The notes: a model not told the origin generated them from the letters alone. A DNA stretch of 64,000 nucleotides from a candidate division WOR-3 bacterium (GCA_037441285.1 JBBISL010000004.1:61470-125469); one strand, 5' to 3'. Shown: positions 9,602 to 20,211, numbered from the stretch's first letter. Numbers and translations are program-made.

Positions 9602-9687
9602 GCCGAAGTGGCGGAAATGGCAGACGCAGCGGACTCAAAATCCGCCGCCCAGCGATGGGCTTGTGGGTTCGACTCCCACCTTCGGCA
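9602..9687 (+). tRNA. tRNA-Leu(CAA)
   Basis: GCCGAAG/CTTCGGC acceptor stem, CAA anticodon (GCGGA-CTCAAAA-TCCGC), long variable arm, GTTCGAC T-loop; CCA not encoded. Confidence 0.96.
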
Positions 9688-9688
9688 T

Positions 9689-10834
9689 TCACTGTTTAAA
9701 AACTGGAAAAGTTGCCAGGACCGGGCGGTGGTCAGAAATCAAACGCAGATAATCAACTATTTCATCATCGAGTCGCACCGTAAACGTTCTGCCCCCGGTA
9801 TATTCGGTCAGCGCATCACTCGTCACAAGGATATGGTCAAAAAGCACTCCGGAAGTAACAAGCGACCCATAAAACTCATCTCCTGCTAAAGGCAGTGTCA
9901 AAAACTGGTAATCAATTGTATCGACAAGAAACGGCAGAAATACATTTTCTCCTTCTGGTTTATTCAGTTCATCATTCCAGTCACCCGCAACCACAAAATC
10001 CTGCTCCCCACCCTGTGCCCGTTGATTATCAATATACGCCTTTAATAACCGGCAGGCACCAGCGCGTCGTGCCCGGTCCGAGATAGCCGACCCGGCTTTA
10101 AGATGTAATACAATTAGTCTGAAATCAAATGTACCGCCGTTACTTGATGCAGTAATCGTCATCTCCAGCGGCGGCCGGGGAAAAGAGTCGTTGTTCCAGA
10201 AAATCTGATGTACTTCACTGACCTGAACTATTTCGCTTTTGTATATCACACCTGTCTTCTGATAAAACGAACCATAATCATCACGCGAATAAAGTCCACG
10301 ATAACCAGGCAAACCGTCCAGAAGATGTATAAAGGCGATTGTATCTTCAATCTCCTGGATACAAAACAAATCAACATCCATCCGGGCAATCAGCGTTCGC
10401 AGCAGCAAAAGAGTTGAATCACCTTTTTGGGGGAAATTTTGTATATTCCAGGTAACAATCTCCAGCGTTGTATCGGTACCGAAAGATGGCACCGCTCCGG
10501 GAAATTCGATTCGGAAAGGTGCGAGCGCCACGATTGAACGCGCCCCGGAATCGTCAATTGCCTGGAGAGAAAAAAGGTGATTGCCCCACGAGAGGTTGTA
10601 AAGGGTAACCCCGTTTAATTCGGTGAATATATCGGGAACGGAATCATTCAACCCATAAAAAAAGCCGATAATCCTGCCGTCAATATCATTCCCCTGCCAT
10701 TCGAATCGAGCAGAATCAGCATCGGTGATTATGCTGGGCTTCCGAGTAAACACAACTGTCGGACCTTTATTACCCTTATCTAACGGTTTAATGCAACTCA
10801 GAACAATTATCAGCCCTAAGAACCACCTATTCAT
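9689..10834 (-). CDS. Endonuclease/exonuclease/phosphatase-family lipoprotein with an N-terminal Ig-like domain
   Basis: Lipobox IVLSC; TWNIQNF, IQEI, LHLK, GDWN, FDHIL and ISDHRPV motifs. Confidence 0.9.
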   Translation of the reverse strand: MNRWFLGLIIVLSCIKPLDKGNKGPTVVFTRKPSIITDADSARFEWQGNDIDGRIIGFFYGLNDSVPDIFTELNGVTLYNLSWGNHLFSLQAIDDSGARSIVALAPFRIEFPGAVPSFGTDTTLEIVTWNIQNFPQKGDSTLLLLRTLIARMDVDLFCIQEIEDTIAFIHLLDGLPGYRGLYSRDDYGSFYQKTGVIYKSEIVQVSEVHQIFWNNDSFPRPPLEMTITASSNGGTFDFRLIVLHLKAGSAISDRARRAGACRLLKAYIDNQRAQGGEQDFVVAGDWNDELNKPEGENVFLPFLVDTIDYQFLTLPLAGDEFYGSLVTSGVLFDHILVTSDALTEYTGGRTFTVRLDDEIVDYLRLISDHRPVLATFPVFKQ

Positions 10835-10840
10835 TGAATT

Positions 10841-10868
10841 AGCTTATCCTTATCAAAGGCATTGTCCA
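10841..10868 (-). promoter_or_regulatory. sigma70-type promoter (TGGACA-N16-TAAGCT), 6 nt before ATG 10834
   Basis: Read directly on the minus strand; no SD sequence. Confidence 0.6.
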
Positions 10869-10882
10869 GAATAGTCGTATGC

Positions 10883-10911
10883 TTGACTCCATTTAAAATA
10901 AAAGTTATAAT
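10883..10911 (+). promoter_or_regulatory. sigma70-type promoter of nusA-infB (TTGACT-N17-TATAAT)
   Basis: Near-perfect consensus; leadered transcript with an AAGGAG SD. Confidence 0.8.
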
Positions 10912-10969
10912 CAACAAATAACAACAGGCTGACATAATATAACATAGAAAAGGAGAAATAAAGAAAGCG

Positions 10970-12211
10970 ATGAACAATAAAGAAGTTGCCAATCTTATTG
11001 CCCAGATAGCTCGAATTAGAAATGTTGATATCACATACGTTTGCGAAATTCTGCGAATGAGCATCGTTGCCGGGTTAAAGCGCCGTTTCGGACCCAACAT
11101 CGAAGCAGAAGTCACAATCAACCCGGAACAGGGCGAAATCAGGGTGTTTTTAACTAAAAAAGTTGTGGAACGAGTTAACAACCCTGGGCAGGAAATAAAT
11201 CTGGAAGAAGCCAAAACAGCAAACCCTGCCGCCAGTATTGGTGATGTCGTCCGAGTAGAAATGCCGCTTGACGAACTGGGGCGGATTGCAATTCGGAAGG
11301 CATCCGATGAATTGATGCTCAAACTTCGCGAGGCGGAACGCGACCGCCTCTACGAGGAATACAGTCGCAAAAAAGGTGAAATTGTCACCGGCACCATTCA
11401 AAGAATTGGCGAACGGGAAATCATTGTTAACCTTGGACTGATCGAAGCCACTCTTCTCAATCGTGACCAGTTGAAAACCGACCATTACCGTCAAGGATTA
11501 CCCATCAAAGCCTATGTATACAAGGTAGAGAAGACACCTATTGGTCCCCGGGTTTATCTCTCACGAACCCATCCTGAATTCCTGCGAAAACTCCTGGCAC
11601 GCGAAGTCCCTGAAATCAAAGAAGGGGTCGTTGAAATAAAAGCTATCGCCCGGGCTCCTGGTTCGCGTTCTAAAGTTGCGGTCGCATCGCTTGATGATAA
11701 AATTGACCCAATTGGTGCCTGTGTCGGCTATCGAAAATCGCGCATTGAAAACATCATCAAGGAGTTATCAGGCGAGAAAATCGACATTATCCAGTGGAGC
11801 CGGGACACTCAGATTTTTATCGCACGTGCCCTCGGTCCCGCAAAAGTATCAGAGATAATTCGTGAGGGTGACACTTACATCGTTGTTGTACCTGATGCCG
11901 AGTTCTCCATCGCCATTGGCAAAAAAGGTCAGAATGTCTGGCTCGCCAGCCTCCTTACTAACACCAAGATCGAAGTGCTAAAAGAAAGTGATTACCGCAA
12001 TCGGCAAATTATGAGCCGCGCCGCAAAGGTTTCTCTAAACGAACTTGGCTTTTCCGAAGAGCTCCTGGCAAAGTTACAGGGCGCCGGTTTAAAGACATCT
12101 TTTGACTTCCTCAATCTTCCCGCTGAGGAATTGGTTCGTATAACCCAATTGACTGATACGGAGATAAACGCTCTTAAAGAACAGACCCGAGAGAAGGTAT
12201 GGTCAAGTTAA
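10970..12211 (+). CDS. nusA: Transcription termination/antitermination factor NusA
   Basis: S1 and KH motifs: LSRTHPEFL, EVPEI, ARAPGSRSKVAV, DPIGACVG, AIGKKGQNV. Confidence 0.97.
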   Translation: MNNKEVANLIAQIARIRNVDITYVCEILRMSIVAGLKRRFGPNIEAEVTINPEQGEIRVFLTKKVVERVNNPGQEINLEEAKTANPAASIGDVVRVEMPLDELGRIAIRKASDELMLKLREAERDRLYEEYSRKKGEIVTGTIQRIGEREIIVNLGLIEATLLNRDQLKTDHYRQGLPIKAYVYKVEKTPIGPRVYLSRTHPEFLRKLLAREVPEIKEGVVEIKAIARAPGSRSKVAVASLDDKIDPIGACVGYRKSRIENIIKELSGEKIDIIQWSRDTQIFIARALGPAKVSEIIREGDTYIVVVPDAEFSIAIGKKGQNVWLASLLTNTKIEVLKESDYRNRQIMSRAAKVSLNELGFSEELLAKLQGAGLKTSFDFLNLPAEELVRITQLTDTEINALKEQTREKVWSS

Positions 12212-14301
12212 AAGTATTTGAGGCCGCCAAGCAGCTGAACCTCTCCAGCGAGGCGCTGCTGGCACTCCTCAAAGAACTAAACTTGCCGCCCCGCGGTTAT
12301 ACTTCTTACATTACCGAAGATGAATTTGAGGCGGTCAAACAAAAACTGCGGAAAGAAAAACACCAGTTCAAAGAATCCATCCGTCGCCGGAAATCTTCTG
12401 AAGCATCAGCCCTAAACACAAAAAAAATCGACGAAAAAGAAATCAATCAAAACATTAAACAAACTCTGATAAAAGTTCACGGCCGAGATAAAAAGAAGCA
12501 AAAGACTCCTCGGGAGGAACTAAAACGTCAACCGAGCGAACCAAAAACATCTACCGCGGTCAAGGTTACTCCCTATATGACCGTCACCGAACTGGCGCAC
12601 GCCTTCAACATCCCAGTTTCGGAGATTATTAAAAAGTGCTTAGCCATCGGATTGCGCGCCACCGTTAACCACCGCCTCGACCTCGATACCATTATGTTGA
12701 TTGCCGACGAATTCAAAATCGCAGTTCAACAAGAAGAAGAAATCGAAAAACCAATAGAGCGGTGTGATTTTCGACCTCGCCCGCCCGTCGTTGTTGTTAT
12801 GGGCCATGTTGACCACGGGAAAACCGCACTGCTTGATTACATCCGAAAAACAAAAGTTGCCGAGCAAGAAGTCGGCAGAATAACCCAGCACATTGGAGCT
12901 TATGTTGCTCACTACGGAGACAAGCAAATCGTTTTTTTGGATACACCGGGCCACGAAGCGTTCACCGCCATGCGGGCGCGCGGCGCCCAGGTCACCGACA
13001 TTGCTGTCCTCGTCGTTGCGGCTGATGAAGGCATTATGCCCCAGACTCTTGAAGCCCTTGACCATGCTCGGGCGGCCGGTGTTCCGATTATTGTTGCCAT
13101 AACTAAATGTGACCTGCCGACGGCAAATCCGGACCGGGTAAAAAGTCAACTCGCCAATTATAATGTGAGGGTAGAAGAGTACGGCGGTCATACAGTATGC
13201 ATCGAAACCTCATCAGTGACCGGTCAGGGAATTGAGGCATTACTTGACGCAATCGCAGTGGTCAGCCTGGAAATGAATCTTCAGGCGCCCTACGATGGAC
13301 CAGCCCGCGGCGTGGTGATTGAAGCTCGGGTTGACCGTGGTCGTGGTAACATTGCTACCGTATTGATCCAAGAAGGCACATTAAAACGCGGTGACCCCTT
13401 TGTTGCCGGCGAGCACTATGGAAGAGTCCGCGATATGCTTAACGAAGCATTTATCTCCCAGGAATGCGCCACACCGTCCATCCCCGTACAGGTTCTTGGA
13501 TTTTCGGGATTACCTCAAGCCGGTGACCGCTTTGAGGTTGTTGAAGATGAACGTACCGCCCGCGAAATTGCCCGGCGTCGCCTTCTGGCAAAACGGGACC
13601 GCATCATTGCCGCCAGCAAACCTAAGGTGTCCCTCGAGGCACTTCAGGACCAGATTGCCAAAGGTCAGGTCAAAGAGTTAAAAATTGTCCTTAAGACTGA
13701 TGTATCTGGCTCCGCTGAGGCGCTCAAAGATGCCCTCGAAGGCTTGTCCCTGGATGAAGTAAAAGTAAAAGTCATCCACTCTGGCGTGGGACCCATAACC
13801 CAGAACGATGTCCTTTTAGCCCAGGCATCTGAAGCAATTGTCATCGGTTTCAATGTGCGTCCTCTCGCCGACGCCCGCCAATTTGCCGAGCGGGAAGGGG
13901 TCGAAATTCGTACCTATCGGATAATTTATGCGGCAATCGATGATGTCCGGGCAGCAATGTTAGGCATGCTCGAACCGGAACAGAAAGAGGTAGTATTAGG
14001 TAGAGCCGAAGTTCGGCAGATATTCTCCGCACCGCGTATCGGCTTAATTGCCGGTTCATTTGTAACCGAAGGCAAAGTGGTCCGCGGTGCTTTGGTTCGG
14101 GTCATCCGTCAGAACAAAACAATTTTTGCCAGCGAAGTGGTATCGTTACGGCGTTTCAAAGATGATGTCAAGGAGGTTGCCACCGGCTATGAATGCGGTA
14201 TTGGTATCAAAGATGCAACCGACCTCCAGGAAGGGGACATTCTCGAATTTTACCAAATTGAAGAAGTAAAGCGCGGGGCCAGCGCCTCGAATGAACGGTA
14301 A
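12199..14301 (+). CDS. infB: Translation initiation factor IF-2
   Basis: [52 protein letters not shown]. Confidence 0.98.
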   Translation: MVKLKVFEAAKQLNLSSEALLALLKELNLPPRGYTSYITEDEFEAVKQKLRKEKHQFKESIRRRKSSEASALNTKKIDEKEINQNIKQTLIKVHGRDKKKQKTPREELKRQPSEPKTSTAVKVTPYMTVTELAHAFNIPVSEIIKKCLAIGLRATVNHRLDLDTIMLIADEFKIAVQQEEEIEKPIERCDFRPRPPVVVVMGHVDHGKTALLDYIRKTKVAEQEVGRITQHIGAYVAHYGDKQIVFLDTPGHEAFTAMRARGAQVTDIAVLVVAADEGIMPQTLEALDHARAAGVPIIVAITKCDLPTANPDRVKSQLANYNVRVEEYGGHTVCIETSSVTGQGIEALLDAIAVVSLEMNLQAPYDGPARGVVIEARVDRGRGNIATVLIQEGTLKRGDPFVAGEHYGRVRDMLNEAFISQECATPSIPVQVLGFSGLPQAGDRFEVVEDERTAREIARRRLLAKRDRIIAASKPKVSLEALQDQIAKGQVKELKIVLKTDVSGSAEALKDALEGLSLDEVKVKVIHSGVGPITQNDVLLAQASEAIVIGFNVRPLADARQFAEREGVEIRTYRIIYAAIDDVRAAMLGMLEPEQKEVVLGRAEVRQIFSAPRIGLIAGSFVTEGKVVRGALVRVIRQNKTIFASEVVSLRRFKDDVKEVATGYECGIGIKDATDLQEGDILEFYQIEEVKRGASASNER

Positions 14302-14327
14302 AGTTGACCGCTCAGTACAGTTAACAG

Positions 14328-14612
14328 ATGAGTGTTGGTTTATTACTTGTTGACTGCTTTCTGGGAAACAGTTTTTCTCTAAAAGAAAAGCGGCGCGTAC
14401 TGTCCAGCCTAACCGCCCACCTCCGTCGTTACTACAATATCGCACTTTGTGAGGTCGAATACCAGAACCAGTGGCAACGTGCTAAGTTGGCAATTGTTTT
14501 CGTTAATACCGATTGGCAAATGGTACTCCAGAATGCGCAAAAAATCATCACGCAGATTGAACAGGATGGCCGGGTCAGCGTATTGAACTCGGAAATGACG
14601 CGGCTTCGTTAA
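14328..14612 (+). CDS. DUF503 (YlxP-like) protein
   Basis: SLKEKRRVL...YNIALCEV..QNQWQRA motif and position directly after infB. Confidence 0.9.
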   Translation: MSVGLLLVDCFLGNSFSLKEKRRVLSSLTAHLRRYYNIALCEVEYQNQWQRAKLAIVFVNTDWQMVLQNAQKIITQIEQDGRVSVLNSEMTRLR

Positions 14613-15391
14613 CGCAAAAACAACAAAACTGCAAGACCAACGAACCAGCAGTAAATTCCAAACAAAAAGAACCAGCGACTAAGTACCAAACGCCGCAGCA
14701 ACAAAATCATGAAAAAACCGGCTACACCAGCTGTAATAATCCCAAGTATAACCGGTCCAAGGGCAATAACCGAAAAGTCAAAATGGAGTAGTTCAAAGAC
14801 CGCCGCCCCTACCGTAATCGGTATTGCCAGAAGGAATGAAAATTCAAATGCTTCATACCGCCTAATGCCTAACAGTAATGCCAGACCGATTGTTGTTCCC
14901 GAACGCGAAATTGCCGGCAATAGCGCCGTTGCTTGAATCGTTCCGATCAGCAGCGCTTCTCCCCAGTTAATAGATTTATCCCGGTTGGGAGCAAATCGTG
15001 TTGCCAAAAGCAAAAGCCCGTTGAGGCAGAAAAACCACCCAATTGCCTTGGAACTGGTAAAAATGTTTTCAACAAATTTACCAAATAGCAGACCGACAAT
15101 AACCGCCGGCAAAGAGCTTACAAGCACCATAAATACCAGCTGCTGACTCTGACTGCGCTGCGCGGGCTCGATTGCAAACAACCCCCGGATAATATCTGAT
15201 AGTTTTGGGGCAAAGAATACAATGAGCGCGACCGCTGTACCAAGATGAAGTGCCGCGGTCAAATTGACCCTGATGTGTTCTGGAATGTTCCACAGATACT
15301 CTAAAACTGCTAAATGGCCATCGCTCGAAACCGGCAGGATTTCCGTAACCCCTTGCACTAACCCCACTACCAAGCTTTCTAACCACCGCAT
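14609..15391 (-). CDS. uppP: Undecaprenyl-diphosphate phosphatase
   Basis: GLVQGVTEILPVSSDGHL, LLPAISRSGTTI, EFSFLLAIP. Confidence 0.93.
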   Translation of the reverse strand: MRWLESLVVGLVQGVTEILPVSSDGHLAVLEYLWNIPEHIRVNLTAALHLGTAVALIVFFAPKLSDIIRGLFAIEPAQRSQSQQLVFMVLVSSLPAVIVGLLFGKFVENIFTSSKAIGWFFCLNGLLLLATRFAPNRDKSINWGEALLIGTIQATALLPAISRSGTTIGLALLLGIRRYEAFEFSFLLAIPITVGAAVFELLHFDFSVIALGPVILGIITAGVAGFFMILLLRRLVLSRWFFLFGIYCWFVGLAVLLFLR

Positions 15392-17068
15392 CTAAAAACC
15401 GGCTCCAAAGCTAAAATGAACCTTACCCTGTCCGATACTTTTCCCCCAGCCCAACCCGTAATCAAGTCCCACAACACCGACTTTTGTCTGCCACCTTCCA
15501 CCCACTCCGTACCCCGCAAGCCACTGATAACCGCCCATCAAATTTTGAAACACTCCGGTATCGAAAAAAAACTGCACCCGGGTCAGCGTTGAAAAGTTGT
15601 ACCTTAACTCACAATTCCACCAGCCTGTTTTAGGAGTAACATAGGCGCCTTCGCGATATCCGCGAACGCTTAAAATCCCACCCACCTGGTAAAACTCGGG
15701 AACACTCAAATCGTAGCGAGCAAATGCGGTTCGAGCCGCAAAATGGTTGACAAGTACAAAGTTACCCACAAGCGGGACAGCAGGCTCGAAATCTAACTCT
15801 AACTTTGTTATCACATCCTCTTTTTCACCACTCCTCCGTTGGCCAGCGCGGCTAAAAAGCCTTGCCCAGAAGCCGCTTCGGTTATTAACCACCCGGTCCC
15901 GATAGTCAACAATCAAACCGCTTCCCAGCCAGCGGGTCGTATTGCTCTCGGTCCCTGCTATTCGGTCAAACCCTGCCCCAACACTGAAACTCGCGTTTCC
16001 AGTAGTATATGTCCCGGTAACAGATATTGTGGTAAAGGAATAACTAGTGTCAAGGACATTATGTTCAACGCCTCCCTGCAGCTCAACCGGTAAACGAAAA
16101 ACCCAGGGTTCCGAATAATTCAAATTGTAATAACTATATCCGCGGAACGAACGCCATTCACCCTCAACCTTTCTTCCCGAGTTCATCAAATTTAAAAGCC
16201 GCAACTTTACCCATCCCGTCCAGTACCGCTCCTCAGACAGATAGCCTGCGCTACCGAAAACTTCACCGCTACGATAAGCAGAAATCCAGTAGCGCAACCC
16301 ATAATCACCTTCGCGTCTCATTACAATATCCTGACTATCAACTACCACCCACCCGCTCTTTTCTAAACCCCGGCGCCAATTAACAACAACCCGTGGGGAG
16401 TAGGGCACATATTGTTTAAACCCGGTATACCGAATTAATAATGAATCAGAATTTAGCAAGTTACCGCCAAAAGTTATAAATTTTACTATTACTCTTGGAC
16501 CGGTATCCACCGAAATGATAGGAAAAAGAAATCCAGCAGTTTCGCCAATGCCGGCAACACTTACCGATACCCAGGGAAAACCAGCATCACGGTATGCCCT
16601 TGCTATTTTCTCTTCCAGTTTATTTATCACCTTGGCGGTTATAATCGTGCCCCGGGAAGGCAAACCAGCCAGTGGTATTGTAATAACCTTTGACCCGCCT
16701 TCAAAAGACCAGCCACCTAATCGCGCCCTCTTTACACTATCAACCTGATATGTTACCGCCACCCCATTTTCATTTATGGCGGTTTCTACAGTTACTTCAT
16801 TCGGCCAGAAACCCCGGTCAAACAACTGGCGTCGGATATGTTCCTTGCCGGCTTCAATTATTTCACCGTTAACACTTTCCCCCACTTCAAAACCGGGTGA
16901 AATTCCCCGGGGCAACCCTTTACCCTTGATTGACAAAGAAACCACCCATTGACTCATTCCCAAAACCGAATCTCCACCCAGAAATTCGAAGATAAAAACC
17001 AGTAATAAACTGCGGCTAACTGATAAATAAGTACTGACGCCAATCCTCCGGAATATCTCCCAGCGCAT
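15392..17068 (-). CDS. Omp85 (BamA/TamA)-family outer-membrane protein; start uncertain
   Basis: Degenerate POTRA segments, YSEPW, SVRGY motif, FFDTG, C-terminal FSFGAGF. Confidence 0.8.
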   Translation of the reverse strand: MRWEIFRRIGVSTYLSVSRSLLLVFIFEFLGGDSVLGMSQWVVSLSIKGKGLPRGISPGFEVGESVNGEIIEAGKEHIRRQLFDRGFWPNEVTVETAINENGVAVTYQVDSVKRARLGGWSFEGGSKVITIPLAGLPSRGTIITAKVINKLEEKIARAYRDAGFPWVSVSVAGIGETAGFLFPIISVDTGPRVIVKFITFGGNLLNSDSLLIRYTGFKQYVPYSPRVVVNWRRGLEKSGWVVVDSQDIVMRREGDYGLRYWISAYRSGEVFGSAGYLSEERYWTGWVKLRLLNLMNSGRKVEGEWRSFRGYSYYNLNYSEPWVFRLPVELQGGVEHNVLDTSYSFTTISVTGTYTTGNASFSVGAGFDRIAGTESNTTRWLGSGLIVDYRDRVVNNRSGFWARLFSRAGQRRSGEKEDVITKLELDFEPAVPLVGNFVLVNHFAARTAFARYDLSVPEFYQVGGILSVRGYREGAYVTPKTGWWNCELRYNFSTLTRVQFFFDTGVFQNLMGGYQWLAGYGVGGRWQTKVGVVGLDYGLGWGKSIGQGKVHFSFGAGF

Positions 17069-17519
17069 TCAAAGCAAATGTCACATAGTGCGGCGCCTTG
17101 GGCTTACGGCGTAGTTTCATATTTGCCTGTGCCGGAGTTCGGCTGCCTTTTCGGGCATTGCATTGAGGACAGGCGCAAACCATATTCTCCCAGGAATCAG
17201 TACCGCCCAATGCTTTCGGAATCACATGGTCTGCCGTCATCACTGGTCCGCGTGCACCGCAGTACTGACAGGTGTTATTATCACGGCGCAAGATGTTGCG
17301 TTTCGTTAAAGGAACTTCCCGACGCTTAACCCGCACATAATAGTTCAACCGTAGAACGCTCGGCAGAGGAAAACTCATATTAACCGTATGTAACTCGAGT
17401 CCCGAACTCTCAACCGGTTCCGCTTTTCGGGTTAGAACCAAAACCAGTGCCCGTCTTGTCCGGCAAACCGAAATCGGCTCGTAATTTTGATTCAAAAGCA
17501 AAACCGGACGATTTAGCAT
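17016..17519 (-). CDS. HNH endonuclease (McrA-like COG1403 family)
   Basis: VLLLNQNYEP, ILRRDNNTCQYCG, DHVIPKALGG, CPQCNARKG. Confidence 0.92.
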   Translation of the reverse strand: MLNRPVLLLNQNYEPISVCRTRRALVLVLTRKAEPVESSGLELHTVNMSFPLPSVLRLNYYVRVKRREVPLTKRNILRRDNNTCQYCGARGPVMTADHVIPKALGGTDSWENMVCACPQCNARKGSRTPAQANMKLRRKPKAPHYVTFALNALGDIPEDWRQYLFIS

Positions 17520-17534
17520 CTCATCTTTTTAAAC

Positions 17535-18716
17535 CTACCGGACAAACAACTCCTTGTCAATAGAATTGATACTGTTGTCGATATATTCAATCTGCGCCCG
17601 GCCGTAACTGGCTAAACTTGTATCGTTAAGCGCCTTCTGGTAATAGCCCCGTGCTTCTTCATACAACGCTTTCGCCGCTCGCAGATTGGCGGTTGATGTC
17701 TGGGCAAGATTAGTGCCTCGCTTCCCATCCGCCTGCTTGCGACGATTGTCTCCCAGGTCAACATATGCCTGGAGCAAATTCGGGTCCAGTGCCAGCGCCC
17801 GCCGCAGATTCGCATCGGAAGCCCCAAAATTACCCTGCTCACTCAACGCCTCGCCCTTATAGAGATAGGCAATCGCAAGAGTTGAGTCACTGGCAATCAC
17901 CTCATCAAACTTCTTTATCGCCTCCTTCATCTTGCCCTGACGCGCGAGAATCATCCCCTGTCGCAACTTTACCTGATAATTCGTCGGCTCAATTGTCAAA
18001 ATCGTATCAATCTGTGCCAGTGCCCCTTTATAATCCTTCAACTCAACCATCGCATCAACCAGTTTCGCCCGCAAACTTGTCACCTGAGGAAACCGCGCTG
18101 CCAGCGGCTTCAAAGCCTCCACCGCCTCGCGGTACCTTCCAACTTTATAGAGAAACTCGCCCCAGAGCCTTTGCACCGCCAAATCATCGGGAAAACGTTT
18201 CAAAGCGATGCGATAAACTGAATCGGCTTGGGACATCATTCCTTTCCGCACATAAATATCGGCAACGCCATTGTACAAATCGGCAAGGCTTGAATCCTGC
18301 GCCAACCCTTCTTGATAAACCTCCAGCGCATCATCGACCCTGCCCATTTCCAGATACATATCACCCAGCGCCTCATAAGCCTTTGCCTTCTTAGGGTCAA
18401 TTTTCATCGCCTTGCGATAGTACTCCTCTGCCTGCCCCGCATCCCGTTTTTTCCGCCAGATATTACCAATCGCAATGTACGGGTCGTAATAAAGCGAATC
18501 GTAAGCCAGTGCCTGCTCAAAATTCTTGAGCGCCGATTCAAAATCACCCTGTTGATAATAACCAGCGCCGATACTATAACTTTGCTGTGCCGAATCCCGC
18601 CGCGCCTGCAACTGCTCATCGGAAAATTTGGTAACCGTCTGAGTTGGGGCACATCCTATTTCAAATACCCCCCAAACTAAAAACGCCGCTATTATAAAAA
18701 TCCCCGCCTTTTTCAT
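17535..18716 (-). CDS. TPR-repeat lipoprotein
   Basis: Lipobox-like EIGC followed by multiple TPR units; AAGGAG SD. Confidence 0.85.
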   Translation of the reverse strand: MKKAGIFIIAAFLVWGVFEIGCAPTQTVTKFSDEQLQARRDSAQQSYSIGAGYYQQGDFESALKNFEQALAYDSLYYDPYIAIGNIWRKKRDAGQAEEYYRKAMKIDPKKAKAYEALGDMYLEMGRVDDALEVYQEGLAQDSSLADLYNGVADIYVRKGMMSQADSVYRIALKRFPDDLAVQRLWGEFLYKVGRYREAVEALKPLAARFPQVTSLRAKLVDAMVELKDYKGALAQIDTILTIEPTNYQVKLRQGMILARQGKMKEAIKKFDEVIASDSTLAIAYLYKGEALSEQGNFGASDANLRRALALDPNLLQAYVDLGDNRRKQADGKRGTNLAQTSTANLRAAKALYEEARGYYQKALNDTSLASYGRAQIEYIDNSINSIDKELFVR

Positions 18717-18780
18717 CTCTTACTCCTTATCCTTTCCTTATATCTTGAACTATCCGTCAAATCCTACCTCTCCCAAACTA

Positions 18781-18853
18781 TGGAGCCGACGGGATTCGAA
18801 CCCGTGACCTTTTGACTGCCAGTCAAACGCGCTCCCAACTGCGCCACGGCCCC
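18781..18853 (-). tRNA. tRNA-Ala(GGC)
   Basis: Reverse complement reads GGGGCCGTGGCGCAGTTGGGAGCGCGTTTGACTGGCAGTCAAAAGGTCACGGGTTCGAATCCCGTCGGCTCCA; G3-U70 identity pair; CCA not encoded. Confidence 0.96.
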
Positions 18854-19068
18854 AGAATTATAACCGCCATAAACTACACACAGTTTAATCAAACTTTATT
18901 AAGTTTTACTCAATTTCCATCAAAAGTCAAGGTAATAATACCAGTGGTCCTACACCGACATCAAAACAACCTCAATCAATCTTTACAGAAAAGTAGAAAC
19001 TAAAAATCTGCCGCTAATGCTAAAACAAATCTCCTCATTGCAAACTATTGCTCCCTGCCTCATTGAAC

Positions 19069-19097
19069 TTGACTAACACAGGTTCTTTGACTACCAT
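19069..19097 (+). promoter_or_regulatory. sigma70-type promoter (TTGACT-N17-TACCAT)
   Basis: Read directly; short AT-rich leader without SD before ATG 19114. Confidence 0.55.
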
Positions 19098-19113
19098 TAT
19101 ATGTAATTAAACA

Positions 19114-19692
19114 ATGAGGAAAGGGAATTTTACGCCAGTTTACTTTAACCGTCCCGGTGGCAAAAATACCGCTCAAACCATCACCCTTGCCTTAAACCGC
19201 GCCCGGGAACTGAATATCAAACACATTGTTGTCGCCTCCACCACCGGCAAGACCGCGCTTGCGCTTCTCCGTCAGACAAAAAATCGGTTCAACATCGTCT
19301 GCGTGACCCATCATTGCGGTTTTGCCGAACCCGGTAAATCAGAACTTTCACCAACCATCGAGGCGAAACTGAAAACTCCCGGAGTCTCAGTTTTACGAAC
19401 TACCCATCTCTTTGCCGGAGTTGACCGTGCCCTGCGCCTCAAATTCGGCGGCGCGTACCCGGCAGAAATCGTCGCCAGTACATACCGGACCCTGGGCGAA
19501 GGTATTAAGGTGGCGGTGGAAATTGCGGTTATGGCACTTGATGCCGGCATTGTTCCCTATGGTAAAGACCTGATCAGCATTGCCGGCACCGGAACCGGTG
19601 CTGACACCGCCATCGTTATCCAGCCCGTCCATTCCAACCGCTTCTTTGAAACCAGGGTAAAAGAAATTATCTGCAAACCAAGAAATTTTTAA
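19114..19692 (+). CDS. Pyruvate-kinase C-terminal-like alpha/beta domain protein (COG1751-like)
   Basis: YFNRPGGKNT, IVVASTTGKTA, VCVTHHCGF, GIKVAVEIAVMALDAG, GADTA, EIICKP. Confidence 0.85.
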   Translation: MRKGNFTPVYFNRPGGKNTAQTITLALNRARELNIKHIVVASTTGKTALALLRQTKNRFNIVCVTHHCGFAEPGKSELSPTIEAKLKTPGVSVLRTTHLFAGVDRALRLKFGGAYPAEIVASTYRTLGEGIKVAVEIAVMALDAGIVPYGKDLISIAGTGTGADTAIVIQPVHSNRFFETRVKEIICKPRNF

Positions 19693-19704
19693 GAGGAGTT
19701 CATT

Positions 19705-20142
19705 ATGAGTGAATGCCCTTTTTGCGCGATTGTTGCTGGTAAGGCACCCTGCCGTAAAGTTTACGAAGACGAACACACCCTGGGTTTTCTTGACCTTTAT
19801 CCAATTTCCCGGGGCCACTGTCTTGTCATCACCAAAAAGCATATCCGCTGGTTTACCGACATCCAACCCCAGGATAACATCGCCGGGCCCTTTCTCCGTG
19901 CCTGCTATCTTGTTGCCCGCAAAGTTAAAAACGCCTTTGATTGCGAACACATCACAATGATCATCCGCGGTACGAGAGTGCCCCATCTCCATATGTTAAT
20001 TGTCCCAACTATCAAAAATGAAGAGAGCATTCTTGACAAAACGCTCAACCTCCACCATTTCTGTCAGTCACGCCTGAAACCACAGTTTTCTGAAGCCGAA
20101 CTGGATGCCATCGCCGAAAAAATAAGGGTTTCCCCGGTATAA
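19705..20142 (+). CDS. HIT-family nucleotide hydrolase
   Basis: CPFCAIV, FLDLYPISRGHCLVI and the HIT motif VPHLHMLI (third His replaced by Leu). Confidence 0.88.
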   Translation: MSECPFCAIVAGKAPCRKVYEDEHTLGFLDLYPISRGHCLVITKKHIRWFTDIQPQDNIAGPFLRACYLVARKVKNAFDCEHITMIIRGTRVPHLHMLIVPTIKNEESILDKTLNLHHFCQSRLKPQFSEAELDAIAEKIRVSPV

Positions 20143-20159
20143 AACTTTTCTTATAAAAT

Positions 20160-20181
20160 GCGGGGCGGTGATCCGCCCCGC
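20160..20181. terminator. Hairpin between convergent genes, probable terminator
   Basis: GCGGGGCGG-TGAT-CCGCCCCGC flanked by A-rich and T-rich sequence. Confidence 0.75.
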
Positions 20182-20211
20182 TTCATTGTTTACCTCAGTC
20201 GCTTGCCCGCG

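Noticed and set aside
17016..17519. HNH gene as a mobile or defence element
   Set aside because: It belongs to a widespread stand-alone chromosomal family, with no methylase, intron, repeats or integrase nearby.
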